A DNA stretch of 63,515 bases, counting the filler, from Octopus bimaculoides (taxonomy: Eukaryota), in NCBI RefSeq assembly GCF_001194135.2. It is 6 parts of 6 records of this genome, joined end to end, with 100 filler letters (N's around TTAATTAATTAA, not from the genome) between each part and the next. Parts side by side here need not be neighbours in the genome. Positions count along the whole stretch, not along the records: positions 1 to 23,567 come from NC_069001.1; 5 more parts are not named here. One strand, given 5' to 3'. The notes under the pieces were generated by a model that made no database searches, was not told where the DNA came from, and saw only the letters and a list, made by a program, of their open reading frames with translations. The translations under genes were made by a program, and so were the position numbers. This document shows positions 1-13,527 of the stretch, piece by piece. Numbering within the stretch: position 1 is the first letter of the stretch; every line of letters starts with the position of its first letter.

Positions 1-165
1 GCAGAAACATTAGCATGCCAAGGTGGTGAGCTAGCAGAGACATTAGCATGCCAAGGTGGTGAGCTAGCAGAGACATTAGCATGCCAAGGTGGTGAGCTGG
101 CAGAAACATTAGCATGCCAAGGTGGTGAGCTGGCAGAAACATTAGCATGCCAAGGTGGTGAGCTG
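1..165 (+). repeat. Five tandem 33-bp copies of the SINE family A 5' end
   Basis: Unit gcagaRacattagcatgccaaggtggtgagctR starts at 1, 34, 67, 100 and 133, then runs into a full SINE at 166. The array may continue left of the window. Confidence 0.95.
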
Positions 166-585
166 GCAGAAACGTTAGCACGCTGGGCGAAATGCTTACC
201 GGTATTTTGTCTGCTGTTACGTTCTGGGTTCAAGTTCCGCCGAGGTCGACTTTGCCTTTCATCCCTTCGGGGTCGATAAATTAAGTACCAGTTACGCACT
301 GGGGTCGATGTAATCGACTTAATCTCTTTGTCTGTCCTTGTTTGTCCCCTCTATGTTTAGCCCCTTGTGGGCAATAAACAAATAAGACACATTAACATGC
401 CAGGTGAGATACTTAGTGGTATTTCGTCTGTCTTTACATTCTGAGTTCAAATTCTGCCAAGGTTGAATTTGCTTTTCATCCTTTCGGGGTCAATAAATTA
501 AGCATCAATTGTATACTGAGGTCGATCTAATCAACTGGCCCCCTCCCCTAAAATTTCAGGCCATGTGTCTAGAGTAGAAAGGAAT
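153..585 (+). mobile_element. SINE family A, one near-full copy (153-385) plus a second partial copy (386-585)
   Basis: Head ggtgagctggcagaaacgttagcacg, B-box-like gttcaagttcc, and core gtcgactttgcctttcatcccttcggggtcgataaattaagtaccag. This sequence recurs more than 20 times in the window. Confidence 0.9.
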
Positions 586-694
586 ATCTTGTGAGTGAAA
601 TTTTAGTCACTGGAATGTGTACAAGAAATCATTGCATGCATGTATATATATATCTGTGTATTTATATATATCTATATTCTGTCATTCTTTTATT

Positions 695-885
695 TGCTTC
701 AGTCGTTTGACTGCGGCCATGTTGGAGCATCACTTTGAAAGGTTTTAGTCGAACAAATCGACCCCAGCACTTACATTTTTTTTAAAAGCCAAGTACTTAT
801 TCTGGTAGTCTCTTTTGCTGAACTGCTAAGTTACAGGGATGTAAACACACCAACACTGGTTGTCAAGCAGTGATAGAGGGACAGA
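695..885 (-). mobile_element. SINE family B 3' half
   Basis: Reverse complement of the tail ...ctccagcatggccgcagtcaaatgactgaa... seen on the plus strand at 44125-44305, 47640-47735 and 62200-62300. Confidence 0.85.
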
Positions 886-896
886 CACAGACGCAC

Positions 897-949
<53 letters not shown>

Positions 950-2267
950 TGTAAGCTCTACTTAATGCTACTACCTCTAAGGTAGACATCACTCAATAAA
1001 GAGTTTGTAGTGTAAGCATTTATTGTGAGAACTAGAAAGTTCAATACCTTGCAGTGACTAGGGATCAATGGTTTCCTCCTTGGCATCAAGAAGGATGTAA
1101 ACATTGGTGAGAAAACTGATAAGAAATACAGAAATTCCATTTGGTATTTGTTCTACTAAAGTTGCACAGGTTCACTCTTCTGGCTCTTGCCAAATGCTGT
1201 TCCTGTAATTGATTGAAGGGAATTATAGTAGCAGCAAGATTGATGATTTACAAGATTGATGATACATAGCAATCATCATATAATATTATGATGTGGGTTT
1301 TTATTTTTGGCTGTTCTAAGTGCTGTAATTTTAGTTGCTAATTATTGTAGAGGAATTATTCTCTGATAACGAAATGAAATTAAATTCGGACTTTGCTGAA
1401 TTTATTTTTGTGTCATTGAGAATTCTTTGAGCAGGCTTTAAGAAGGTTGGTGTTTCTCAATTGTTAAGGTGTTAAAAGTTGATTAACTTGATACAAATTC
1501 GTCTGTCCAGCTGAGAAATTATCACATTAACTGTGAAACTTTAGATGTTTGAAAACATTGTCAATTATTGCTTTAAGGGTTATTTAGAAAACAGAGCATG
1601 AGCGTCAAGAAAATTCCAAGACATGAACCGGCAGGAAATAATTACAGGCACATGACTGCTCTGACACCAATACCTAAAATCTTATGTTGGTTGTATTGAA
1701 AATCAAAAGAAGATTTTCTCACAGACACACACAATTACAAACGTATGTATGTACATACACATATATACGCCTACATAAATATACATTTCTGCTGAAGAAT
1801 TTAATGTTTGGTTATTCGATTAGGGTCAGAAATACTTTTAGGGAAGCTTTGAAGGTGAAATAGCAAAAATGAGTATGAAAAGAAATCGAACCTCATGTCT
1901 GAAATGATAAATAAATGGATCAACATTTAACTACATAACAGAACTGAGTGAGGTTACCAATAAAAGTAAAATACTATTTTAGAGCATCTCTAAGAAAATA
2001 ACTGTAATTAATTAATTGTTAATTACTCTGTATCATTTTCCATTTTACCGCTGCCGCCACCGTGTGAGTGAGTATGGCCTAGTATGGCCAAGGCTCTACT
2101 CACTTGCCATGATTGAAGGTTACTGTAGGAAATGCGTAGTTGACTTGTTATATGTATTTGAGGAGGTAACAAGGTTTGATCTCAAGACCATGGTTCCGCA
2201 GATTGCTAGAAAAGCCCCCAATCAGTTCAGCATGTGAATTTCCTCTCCCTCCTCCTCCTTTGTTGGC

Positions 2268-2515
2268 ATCATCATCATCATACATTTATTTTCCATGCTG
2301 GCATGGGTTGGACGGTTTGATGGGAGCTTGCAAGGCTGGGAGTTGCACCAGGCACCATTGCCTGTTTTGGCTTGGTTTCTACAGCTAGATGCCCTTCCTA
2401 CCTTCCTAATGCCAACAACTTCCCAGAGTGTACTGGGTGCTTTTTACAAGATACCTGCACCATCTGGGTCACCAAGCAACTTGCAAGACAAAATTCCTTG
2501 GCCGGGAGACAGAAA
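2268..2515 (-). mobile_element. Dispersed repeat family D, an (ATG)n-tailed SINE or LINE tail
   Basis: (cat)n followed by ttccatgctggcatgggttggacgg...gatgcccttcct. Other copies at about 3850-3890, 11300-11365, 11715-11900, 13690-13885, 51895-52118 and 63130-63315. Confidence 0.75.
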
Positions 2516-2685
2516 GTAGTATTATGTAGGGGTTCTTTGTTCAAATTCTGCCAAGGTTGACTTTACCCTTCATCCTTCCAAAGTCGATAAAATAGGTACC
2601 AGCTGAGTACTGAGGTTGAGGCAATCGATTTAACCCCTCCCCTGAAGTTGCAAGCCTTGTGCCAAAATTTGAAACTGTATTATCT
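2510..2685 (+). mobile_element. SINE family A, partial and CpG-decayed
   Basis: caaattctgccaaggttgactttacccttcatccttcc...gataaaataggtaccag matches the family A core. Confidence 0.8.
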
Positions 2686-3059
2686 AATTCCAGAGTAAAT
2701 GAAAAGTTAAGCTGACCTCGGCAGGATTTGAACTGTTGTACTATCGGTTACCAAACCATATATCATTACCAACCCATATCTATGTATTTCTGCATTCTTA
2801 TTTGTATGCTGATTGGATTACATCCTTCCCCACTTGAGTGACTATTTAATATTCTTTCCATAAGGAAGTAACGTAATGAGATAGAAGATGTTGCTTAACG
2901 TTTCCACGGAAATTCAATAGCTTGCTAACAGTGCCAACTGATAGGAATGTTAGAATAAAAGAATTACAATAGCAAAACAGACAGGTTGTCAAGCTAACCA
3001 GATTCTGTGAACGGCCCCTGCTAGTTAGACTATGTCTGTGCAAGTTGGTACATTTACAT

Positions 3060-3088
3060 TATTTATATATCAATACACATTGGTTTGA

Positions 3089-3132
<44 letters not shown>

Positions 3133-3169
3133 ATATAAATATACATATACATAACACTGAAGACAATAC

Positions 3170-3213
<44 letters not shown>

Positions 3214-3302
3214 TATATACATACAGTACATATATGTATATATACACACATTTACATGAATATAGATATAGGCATATATTGCTTACATATATACATTTGT
3301 AT

Positions 3303-3335
<33 letters not shown>

Positions 3336-3543
3336 AATAAATATTATTGCCATTATAAAGCATGTATATATATTAGTTTATATATATTAAGTATATATAT
3401 NNNNNNNNNNNNNNNNNNNNNNNNNNNNNNNNNNNNNNNNNNNNNNNNNNNNNNNNNNNNNNNNNNNNNNNNNNNNNNNNNNNNNNNNNNNNNNNNNNNN
3501 NNNNNNNNNNNNNNNNNNNNNNNNNNNNNNNNNNNNNNNNNNN

Positions 3544-3589
<46 letters not shown>

Positions 3590-3613
3590 TTGCACATATA
3601 TTCACATATATGT

Positions 3614-3648
<35 letters not shown>

Positions 3649-3720
3649 GTATATGTCTATGTACATATATGCATGTATATGTACATATTTGCATGTGTGT
3701 GTGTATATATATATATATAT

Positions 3721-3784
<64 letters not shown>

Positions 3785-3792
3785 TGTATATG

Positions 3793-3837
<45 letters not shown>

Positions 3838-3950
3838 ATATGCATACGTCATCATCATCATCATCATTTAATGTGTGCTTTCCATGCTAGCATGATACAT
3901 ATAGATATATTCATATGTATGTGTGTGCGTGTGTGTGTGTGCTAATATGT
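3060..3950. repeat. (TG)n/(CA)n/(TA)n microsatellite complex around an N-gap
   Basis: Directly visible dinucleotide runs. The listed ORFs here are poly-CV/TH/YI artefacts. Confidence 0.95.
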
Positions 3951-4510
3951 ATATGTAGTTGTCTGGAAGACAGCGCATCTCTGCACTCGAATCTGCAGCA
4001 GTTGTGCAGGGTGTATGAATATACAAAGCATGCGTCGGTGGTTGTGCATGTGCGAAGCATGCGTGTAGACGTCCTCTTAAATCATCTCCTCACATCGATC
4101 ACATTCCACTTTCAACAGGATAGTTATTCCACATCACATTGTGATCATAAGTCAAGTATTCTTGTCATTGTTACGTATATGCTTGAATCTTTTTTCAGGC
4201 ATGTAGTTGTGCAGTGTTTCATTGATGTTTTGCATGCTGATAGTTGTACACTGTTTGTAGTTTTATGTAAATACATACATACATACATACATACATACAT
4301 GCACATGTATGCACAGAGAAGGTGCATAATTCTGTATAGAACTGTGTGTATGTATCTTTGCATGTGTATGTGTGTGAAGTATTCTTTTCAGTATTATGTA
4401 TATGTATCGATCTATACAAATTCATTGTGTATATATTTATGTATTATTATGTTGAGGTCTTCTATGCAAATAGCTGTAAAATTTGGTGGTATTATAAACA
4501 TATTATATAC

Positions 4511-4545
<35 letters not shown>

Positions 4546-4837
4546 CAAACGTGCATACATATACATACATACAATATATATATAGTTAAATTTTCTTATA
4601 AAGTATGTTTTTAAGTATACTTCACAATACATGGGCTGCATTAAGAAGTGCTCATTGCGAGCAAAATCGAAGGATAAGGGAAATTATAGAAGGAACACAG
4701 CCAGGCAATCAATACAAATTGCAAAGCATAATTTAAAGTACACAATGAAATAAATATACTTATGAATTTATAAATCAGCAAACAAAATTACATGTAAAAG
4801 TCATATGTGAAATCTATGCATCATGTACGTTGGGTTC

Positions 4838-5175
4838 AGGAGTGGCTGTGTGGTAAGTAGCTTGTTTACCAACCACATGGTCATGGGTTCAGTCCCACTG
4901 CGTGGCACCTTAGGCAAGTGTCTTAGCCTTGGTGTCTTCTGCTAAACTAAAAACAAGCCAACACTGGTTGTCAGACAGTAGGAGAGAGGACAAACACACG
5001 CACGCACACACACACACACACACAAGCTTCTTTCTGTTTCCATTGGCCAAATCCACTCACAAAGCTTTCATTGCCCAAAGGCTATAGTAAAAGACACTTA
5101 CCGAAATTGCCATGCAATAGGACTGAACCTGGAACCATGTGGTTGGGGAGCAAGCTTCTTAACACACAGTCATAC
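4838..5175. mobile_element. Two SINE family B pieces in inverted orientation
   Basis: Plus-strand head ggagtggctgtgtggtaagtagcttg...ggttcagtcccactgcgtggcacc (4838-4935), and its reverse complement gggactgaacctggaaccatgtggttgg...aagcttcttaacacacag (to 5175). Confidence 0.85.
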
Positions 5176-6186
5176 CCACAACTATATTTGTGTGTATATT
5201 TCTGCACATGCAGTTGCACTTTATTGCCTCCAGCACCAAAATCAACTTAATAAAACAGGTTGAATGTTTAGTCAGCCATGCCAAATCACTAATGTCTAAA
5301 CAGCTGTGCCCACTTGTCTCATTCTTCTATTGACAATATACAAACCAGTCTGTTGCCTGGTTATTTCCATTTCTATCAAGGCAGCCTTTTCCACCATAAG
5401 ATGATATTATCAATAACAACACAATTCCTCTTCAAGGACACTCAACCTATTTTTCCTAGTAATTTAGAATTTCCCTTCTTAGTTGTTATTCTGATAATGA
5501 TTTCTATCATATGGACACCCCATGGAGTCTAGGAAAATTGCCAGAATATTCTTCATTTTTGGCTTCTCTTCAAAAATACCAAGAGACCAAACCTTTGAAA
5601 TATAGCCTGGTTTCATCTGTATCTGCAATGAAGAATTCGGTTAGAGGTTTATATATATATATATATATATATATACTATAACCAGCTTGTCTTGGTTTTA
5701 AATACACACTCCTTGTAGAGACAATTTATCTGGATAGATAGGTCTATTGTGTTACTTTACCGATTATGTGAGAATGTTATTTGCAGTTGACCATTGTCAT
5801 ATCCAACAGAAGAAATTTTTTGTTTCATTCATTTCACCCCATGGAATCCAAAGCTGCCTAAGAACTAATCATAAAAGCCTCTTAGAGACTGAGAAATATT
5901 TATCATCCTCCTCCTCATCATCAGGGCATTGGATTATAAGATTATAAGACTGTGGTTTCAATTCCTGGTGGGAATTCTATATGCCACAGAAATGGGGAAA
6001 TTGGCCCCATGAGTCAGCATGACTTGAGAAGAAATCTTTAACTTTTCACCTATTGCAGGATTATTGTGGTTCTTGCATTTCCTGTGAAAGGTCATCAACA
6101 TGGCACTACTTTCCTTCCTGATCAAAAACTGGCAAGTTCAAAGCTCTGGGTTCAATCTCACTGTGGAGTACCAGTACATAGAACAA

Positions 6187-6560
6187 GTTGTGTTATACTA
6201 ATAACTTTGACACTATTTACATTATTTACATTTGACGGATATTTGTCCTTACCTTGTTTGTTGTTAACACAACGTTTTGGCTGATACACCCTCCAGTCTT
6301 CATCAGGTGTCTTGGGGAAATTTCGAACTTGGGTTCTCATTTTTTTTTTTTTTGTAATGGATCCTCTCACAGACGAGGGCATGTCCTGCCCTTTTCTGCT
6401 ACTCTTCTAGCTCTATATGAAAAAAAAAAATTTCCTCAAGACACCTGATGAAGGCTGGAGGGTATATCAGCCGGAACATTGTGTTAACAAGATGAGGACA
6501 AATATCTGTCAAATGTAAATAATGTACATAATTCCTCATCTCTTAAATATAGAACTGTAA
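6187..6560. mobile_element. Penelope-like terminal repeat family H1, inverted pair, each arm with a degenerate hammerhead
   Basis: 6200-6335 and 6430-6535 are reverse complements. Hammerhead motifs lie at 6266-6311 (-) and 6440-6485 (+). Confidence 0.8.
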
Positions 6561-6574
6561 TAACCTTGAACTGG

Positions 6575-6755
6575 ATTGGATTTCCCATGTACAGTTCACT
6601 GCAAGACGAAGGCCTCAACATGTCCTCTCCACCAACCACAGTCTGATGTGGAGGCCATGAATTTGAGCTTGATATCACACTGCTTTGATGAGCCCATATT
6701 GTGCCACCCTGGCTCAACAAGGCTTTGCTGAGGGGTGCAGTTTTTGTACTCATAG
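6575..6755 (-). mobile_element. RTE-clade LINE 3' end fragment
   Basis: Minus strand encodes ...EAFVLQ*T, resembling the EAFVLQWT/EAYVQQWT C-terminus of RTE ORF2. Confidence 0.55.
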
Positions 6756-6894
6756 CCAGGAGTAGTTAAGTCAAATACATTCTCCCCCAGTGTTAAACTG
6801 GTACCCCTTGCTACCAGTCTCAGAGGTGCTATAAAGGGTCACGGGTACTATTGTTCCCTCCTAATTGAAAAGTTAGAGAAAAAGTCTTTAATCC

Positions 6895-7171
6895 TTCGTC
6901 TTTTACTTGTTTCAGTCATTAGGCTGAGTGGGGCCATGCTGGGGCAACACCTTCAAGTATTTTAGTTGAACGATTCGACCCCAGGACTTATTTTTTTTAA
7001 AGTCTGGTACTTACTCTATTGGTTTCCTTTGCTGAACCACTAAGTTATGAGGATGCAAACCCACCAACACTGGTTGTCAAACGTTGGTGGGGGATAATCA
7101 CAGACAAGAACACACATGTTTGTGCATGCAGACATACATATGCATGCGTGCACACACACACACACACACAC

Positions 7172-7215
<44 letters not shown>

Positions 7216-7375
7216 TGGATGTCTTTCAGTTTCTGTCTACCAAATCTACTCACAAGACTTTGGTCAGCTCAAGGCTATAAAAGAAATCACTTACCCAAGG
7301 CACCACTACCATGCTGGGGGAATGAACTCAGAACTATGCGACCAGAAACCAAACTTCTTACCACACAGCCATGCT
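6895..7375 (-). mobile_element. SINE family B, full length with internal (CA)n
   Basis: Tail at 6895-7090, microsatellite, then head ending cttaccacacagcc at about 7370. Confidence 0.85.
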
Positions 7376-8337
7376 TGTGCCTGTCATAAGAAATATCTCA
7401 TTGACTGATTGGCAATAAGATAGTTTAATGTCTTCGCTGAAGAGATAATTCTGTACCTTGAAATAATATTTCAAGTTGTGCAACCCATGAGCTATGAAGC
7501 TAAATATCTCACCCATTCATTCTATCAACACATATTTGCTGTCTATTGTTAATATATTAATTTGTAATGGGATCTGTTATTGATTAAACGGTTCTATTGA
7601 TGACAGTTATGATTGCAAATAATGATCTGAAAACATTAATATCCACAAATGAAGCTGCTTCCTTTTAGAGAGAGGAAAAGAGGTATTTGATGGTTTAGAA
7701 TTTATTGTTTGATATCAGAATGGATTCTCCTTACTTTCGATTTATGATATGACACAATTCAGCCCCCTCCGCAATCACTTGCCTCATCATCAGGGTCATT
7801 ATCATCATAATCATCATCATCATTGTCGTCCCCCTAACCCCACCTCTTCTTCCTATACATCATCATCATTGATGTCATCACCATGTTGATCGCAATAATT
7901 ATCATCCTCTTTAACATTGGTTTTATAATGATCCTCTGTCTTCTCCCTACCCCTCCGCATTATCATCATCACTGATATCATTATCATCTTGATTGTGATA
8001 ATTATTATCAATATCATCATTGATACTGTATTACTACAATAATAATAGTAATGATAATAATAATATAAACGACAAAAACAACAGCAACACCACTACCACC
8101 AACAACAACAACAACAACATTAACAATGATGATCTCAAAGTTTGGCACTAGGCCAACAAATTTAAGCAGAAAGGGAGGGGGCAATAAATTACATCAGCCC
8201 CAATATTCAACTGGTACTGTATTTATTGACCTCACAAGGGATGAAAGCTGTAAAGATCAACTAATGATCAATAAAGCCATAACTGAAGACAGCTGCAGAA
8301 AGAAGAAAGGCCTAAGTATGACCTGGATCGACTACCT

Positions 8338-8510
8338 TTAAGAAGGAATATATTCACAGACACAACAGAGTTGGGACCTACATACACTGGAAGCTATGCC
8401 AACACTATAGAATAACAACAGAAAAAAATGGTGTAAGCACATGCCAGAAAAGGTCACAGAAAATGTGAAAGCAACCGTACTATGGGATATGCCAACACAT
8501 ACAGTTGTTG
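8338..8510 (+). mobile_element. R4/Dong-type (restriction-like endonuclease) LINE fragment
   Basis: Translates KKEYIHRHNRVGTYIHWKLCQHYRITTEK/WCKHMPEKVTENVKATVLWDMPTHT with one frameshift in an A-run. It matches the RHxxV..IHW.LC..Y...W..H.P..V.EN...LWD pattern upstream of the endonuclease domain. Confidence 0.8.
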
Positions 8511-8514
8511 TGCC

Positions 8515-8662
8515 AATCAGTTTGTGCCAGTCATGAGGCCAAATATCCCTGAAAGTTTCATTTGAATCCATCCAGCAGTTCTTGAAATATCCTGTCCACG
8601 GACAAACAAACAAATAAATACAACTGAAAACAATACCTCTGCCTTTGCTAAGGCAGAGGTAA
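8515..8662 (+). mobile_element. Helentron-associated (HINE/Pearl-like) non-autonomous element end
   Basis: gaaagtttcatttgaatccatccagcagtt..., a short (caaa)n, and a perfect terminal hairpin TACCTCTGCCTT-tgct-AAGGCAGAGGTA (8634-8661). Confidence 0.55.
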
Positions 8663-9290
8663 TAATAATATAATAAAAGTAATAATAATGACTAGAAATT
8701 GCAAATTACTTGACTAAATATCTCACTCAGTATTAAGTTCTGTCTCTTTAACGACAGTAGAGTGGCAGAGTTTGATAGAGTATTGTGAAAAAAATGTCTT
8801 GTGATATTTCTCCAAATCCTTTCATGTTCTATATTCAAATTTTAGCAAGATCAATTTTGCCTGTTATTCCTCTGAGTTCAATGAAACAAAGTACCAGTCA
8901 TATACAAGGGCTTGATGTATCTTTTAACCCCAACACTTCTTGAATTGCTAGCTTTTTCCCTAAATTACAAACAATTATTTCTGTTGTCATTGCTGTATGA
9001 TTAATCATTATTAAACCAGGTTATTTTGTATTCAGTTTTCATCTATCATTTGTTTATTGCTTGTATATGAGGTGACCTACTTCATCATCATTATTATTAT
9101 TATTATTTTCATTATTATTATTATTATTATCATTATTATTATTATTGCTGTTGTTGTTGTTGTTGTTATACATTTTCTTTTTTATCTATTTGAATTGATT
9201 CCTGTATATTCATTGATGAATGCAAATATGCAAATTTTTTTTCTGGAGTAATTTCTTTCAAGTCTTTCAAATATTTTTCAAGATGCCAAT

Positions 9291-9350
<60 letters not shown>

Positions 9351-11394
9351 AAATGTACATATACCGGCATAAACACAAACGTATGCATACAAGGACACAC
9401 ATGCTCAAACACATGCACATACACACATGCATACATCCACATACACATGCCCAAATACACACACAAACACATGCATACATAATACTTACATACATGCACA
9501 CACACATATGCACAAACAGGCACACAAACACACACACACACATGGATGCGTGCATGCACACATTCCCAAACACTCACATACATGCTCACACATGCATACA
9601 GGCATATGCACACATGCATACACATACACAAACATGCATGCATATACATATATACATGCATGCACACACATACATCCACATATGCACACACATACATACA
9701 TGCATATGCACATACACAAGCATGCACCCACATACACATACATTCATACACATGGTCTCTTTGTCATACAAACATGCACAGTCAGTAATTTCCATAAACT
9801 CGACTGTCTATCCGTCTTTACTGAAGTAGATACATGTTCAGAAAGTATTTCCTGCAAATCAAACCAGTTGGGATCTATTTTATTTATTGATTTAGGCTCT
9901 CTTTATTGTTAACTCAACTATTGTTGGAGAAAAATCCTTCCCATAGTACCCTACCACCACGACCACCACCACCAAGAAAGAAAATCAGGAAAAGCAAAAT
10001 GAAATAAGTTTAAAAAAAAAAATACATCCGAATTTCTTCTGAATAAGTATGCGGAATTTATCATCTTCAGTGAAATGCTGGGGTTGAGGCAACATACTTA
10101 ATAACACTTTGTTGAATTGCTCATACAGTAAATAAATAGATATATAAATAAAAATATAAATAAACAGAAATAAAAATTCATTAAAAAAAAATCCAATTGA
10201 ATGAATTCTTCAGAAAATACAATTTCTTAGTTGTTTCCTCTCAAAAATTGTTCAGTGTGTCTCGTCTTGTAGTTCTTTGAACTTGGTTCTTTATCAACCA
10301 ACTTTACCTCTTCAGTTTACAACTGAAGTTGTCCTTTTTACTTTAAGTTTGTATTTTTCTCTTGTTCTTTTATTATTCCACGAGTAACTACAAGATGAAT
10401 ATTCCTCCCTGTCTCTCTCTCTCATTTTGCACTTGTTAAAATTCTGGTAGAAGAACTGTTTATGAAGTAAAGAGCTACTTGTAAATACCTAAAGGAATTT
10501 CAAGTTGAAAAATCTAAAAAATGAGAAAACAAAGATAAATGCCTACTTTCTAATGGGTAGGTCTGTAATTTCTTTTCTTTTTCGAAAGCCTCAAAATTAA
10601 TCTTAGATATTAGCAATATAACACCTTGCAAAAATGGTGGAAGCATTATCTAATTTGGAATTTAGAATAAAGAATATGATTGAATACTTCTTTGGTTTTT
10701 ATTTTTCATATTCCTCCAATTTTTGTTTCATTTTTTTTTCTTCTTGTTTTATCCTGTAGATGTCACTCCCTACTTAGTGTAGTCACTTTAGGCAATAGTC
10801 TTTCCGAATTTTACCGTAAACTGCAATAAGTATAAAAATTGTATTTTTTTTTTTACCTCTCTTTATTTATTAGTATCTTTACTTTTCTTTTACGTTTCAA
10901 ATTTGAAATTTCTTGATGTCTCATAATCTTTGTCATTCTCAAATTCATAAATATAGAAATACATAAATATATGAGTAATACAGCACAATGAAATGACAGG
11001 AAAGAAAAAGGCGGAGGGGGAAAAAAAGAGACCATTCAATTATTTCTCTTTATATCAGCTTTTATTGCTGAAATAATCTTAAACATACAGTGGAATATTT
11101 CTAGAAATAAGAATGAAATTAGGATTAATCTTTTCAATCTATGCAAAACAAAATGGTTACCAGCAAAAATAAAATGAATGTCATGCTGACTCAGATAGAT
11201 ATTAGGGGTTATATGGGTTTATATATCTCAGGTGTACAAGGACTGCACTGCTCATTTACCAAAAATAGTAAATTGTTTTTTTTTTTTTTTTTGGTTCTCT
11301 AGACCTCAGTCAAACCGTCCAACCCATGCCAGCATGGAAAACGGACATTAATCGATGATAATGATGGATTTTGTTTCCTGCTATGTCATGAAGC

Positions 11395-11705
11395 ATTCTC
11401 ATCATAATTTGTTTTAAAATCTAATATCATCACCATCGTCATTGTCATCATTATCATCATCATTGTCATCACCATCATCATCATCATCATCATCATTGTC
11501 ATCACTGTCGTCATTGTCATCATCATCATTGTCAATATCGTCATCATCATCATCATTGATGTTGTCGTTGTCGTCATCGTCGTCATCATTGTCTTCATCA
11601 TCTTCATCATAATGATCGCCATCATCATCATCATTGTCATCACTGTCATCATCATCGATGTCATCATCATCGTTGTCATCATCATCATCACCATCATCAC
11701 TGTTT
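11395..11705. repeat. Degenerate (CAT/CGT)n trinucleotide array
   Basis: About 310 bp of catcat/cgtcat/tgtcat. The poly-Met/Thr ORF on the minus strand is a by-product. Confidence 0.95.
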
Positions 11706-11954
11706 TCATGTCAACTTTTCGTGCTTGCATGGGTCAGATGGAATTAGTTGAGGCAGATTTCATTTGACTGGATGCCCTTCCTGTTACCAACCTTCACCTC
11801 TTTCCAAGCAAGGAAATACTTCAGCACAGCCAGACATGATTACACAGGGAAATTGTAAAATGAAGGACACTGCTTGTATGATAGTGACAGTTGCTTACGA
11901 CTGTTGAGTGACGTTAGCTTCCAAGGAAGGTGACATCTTGTATCTCTTGCTTGT

Positions 11955-12174
11955 TGCAGTCATTAGACCATGGCCATGCTGGAGCACTGCCTTGAAAAAT
12001 TTTTTATTGAATGAATTGACCCCAGTACTTATCTCTTTTTAAAGCTTGGTACTTATTCTATCAGTCTCTTTTGCCAAACCACTAAGTTACAGGGATGTAG
12101 ACATACCAACACAGGTTATCGAGTGGTGGTGAGGGATAAACAGAGACACAAAGACACACACATATCTGTACACG

Positions 12175-12226
<52 letters not shown>

Positions 12227-12373
12227 GAAGCTTCTTTCAGGTCCCGTCTACCAAATCCACACACAAGGCTTTGGGTGGACTGAGGCAATAATAGAAGACA
12301 CTTGCTCAAGGTGACATGCAATGAGACTGAACCTGGTACCATGTGATTGGGAAGCAAGCTTCTTACCATACAG

Positions 12374-12380
<7 letters not shown>
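11955..12380 (-). mobile_element. SINE family B, full length
   Basis: Same tail, (CA)n and head organisation as 6895-7375. Confidence 0.85.
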
Positions 12381-12408
<28 letters not shown>

Positions 12409-12643
12409 AATACATGAATATATCTACACACACAATCACGCATACACACACAGATACACTTATATATATATATGCATATATTTGCGTATGTAGATGTGTG
12501 TGTGTTACATACATTTGTATGTATGTCTATATACATACAACATATGCAACAGGAAAACTGGAAATTCATTATAGCAAAATATATGCATTTACTTTGTTAT
12601 AAATATATGTGTGTGAGTATATATATATATAAATAAATATATT

Positions 12644-12675
<32 letters not shown>

Positions 12676-13441
12676 AACCCAGTAAAGTGATAAAAATCAT
12701 TCCATTTTTTAAAAATGACTTTCATTGATTTGGCAATAATTAATCTGTCAGTGAACAGAAACAAGAATCTTCAATGGTGCCATTTTGCTATATTTATAAT
12801 TATTTTATACTTAATTATTTCATTTATAATTACTTCTGTGTGTGTGTGTATGTGTTGTTTAGTCTGAAATACTGTATTTCAATTTTAACATCTCCAGGAT
12901 AGAAAAATTAATTTCATGTCATCAGATCAATCCCAATTTTCACAAACATTTCATTTTGAATTTTCTATTCTATGAAATGGTTAACGCTTCTCATGTGGAA
13001 TTTAATCTTGCTTGTATTTCTACACCAAAAAAAAGTCATTTAAATTTTATCTTTGATTTGCCCCAGTCATAGGACTACAGCCATGCAGGGTAACATCTTG
13101 AAGAGTTTAGTTAAACAAACTGACTTTAATATTTATTTTGTAAATCTGCCTCTTCTTCTGTTGGTTTCTTTAACTGAATGGTTAAGTTACAGGGATGTAA
13201 ACAAACCAACAATGCATAGGGGTTGCACACACAAAAACACTCGCATATATGTATACATGTATGAAGGGGTTGTTGAAAATATACTGGCTTTAAGGATATT
13301 GCAAAAGGCCTGGTTGGAGACCCAACCTTCCAAGTTCTTTTTGTGTGAATCTGAGTGGGAAATATGTTGAATAAAATCATAATTAACTGATACCCCTGGA
13401 TTTTCTTTTACTCAAAGACAGGAACTTTTCAGCACTCCCTC

Positions 13442-13480
<39 letters not shown>

Positions 13481-13486
13481 TCCCTC

Positions 13487-13527
<41 letters not shown>

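Noticed and set aside
3045-4589. Long ORFs of poly-CV/TH/YI, including 281 aa and 224 aa
   Set aside because: They arise from dinucleotide microsatellites and N-runs. The roughly 100 non-repetitive codons at 3960-4265 lack convincing splice sites and any recognisable motif.
5250-5630. Possible Tigger/pogo transposase remnant on the minus strand (ADTDETRLYFK, AWLT)
   Set aside because: Only two short motif resemblances separated by multiple stops, which is insufficient without an alignment.
11386-11730. Met/Thr-rich 114-aa ORF
   Set aside because: It is the translation of a degenerate (CAT)n array adjoining an (ATG)n-tailed repeat.
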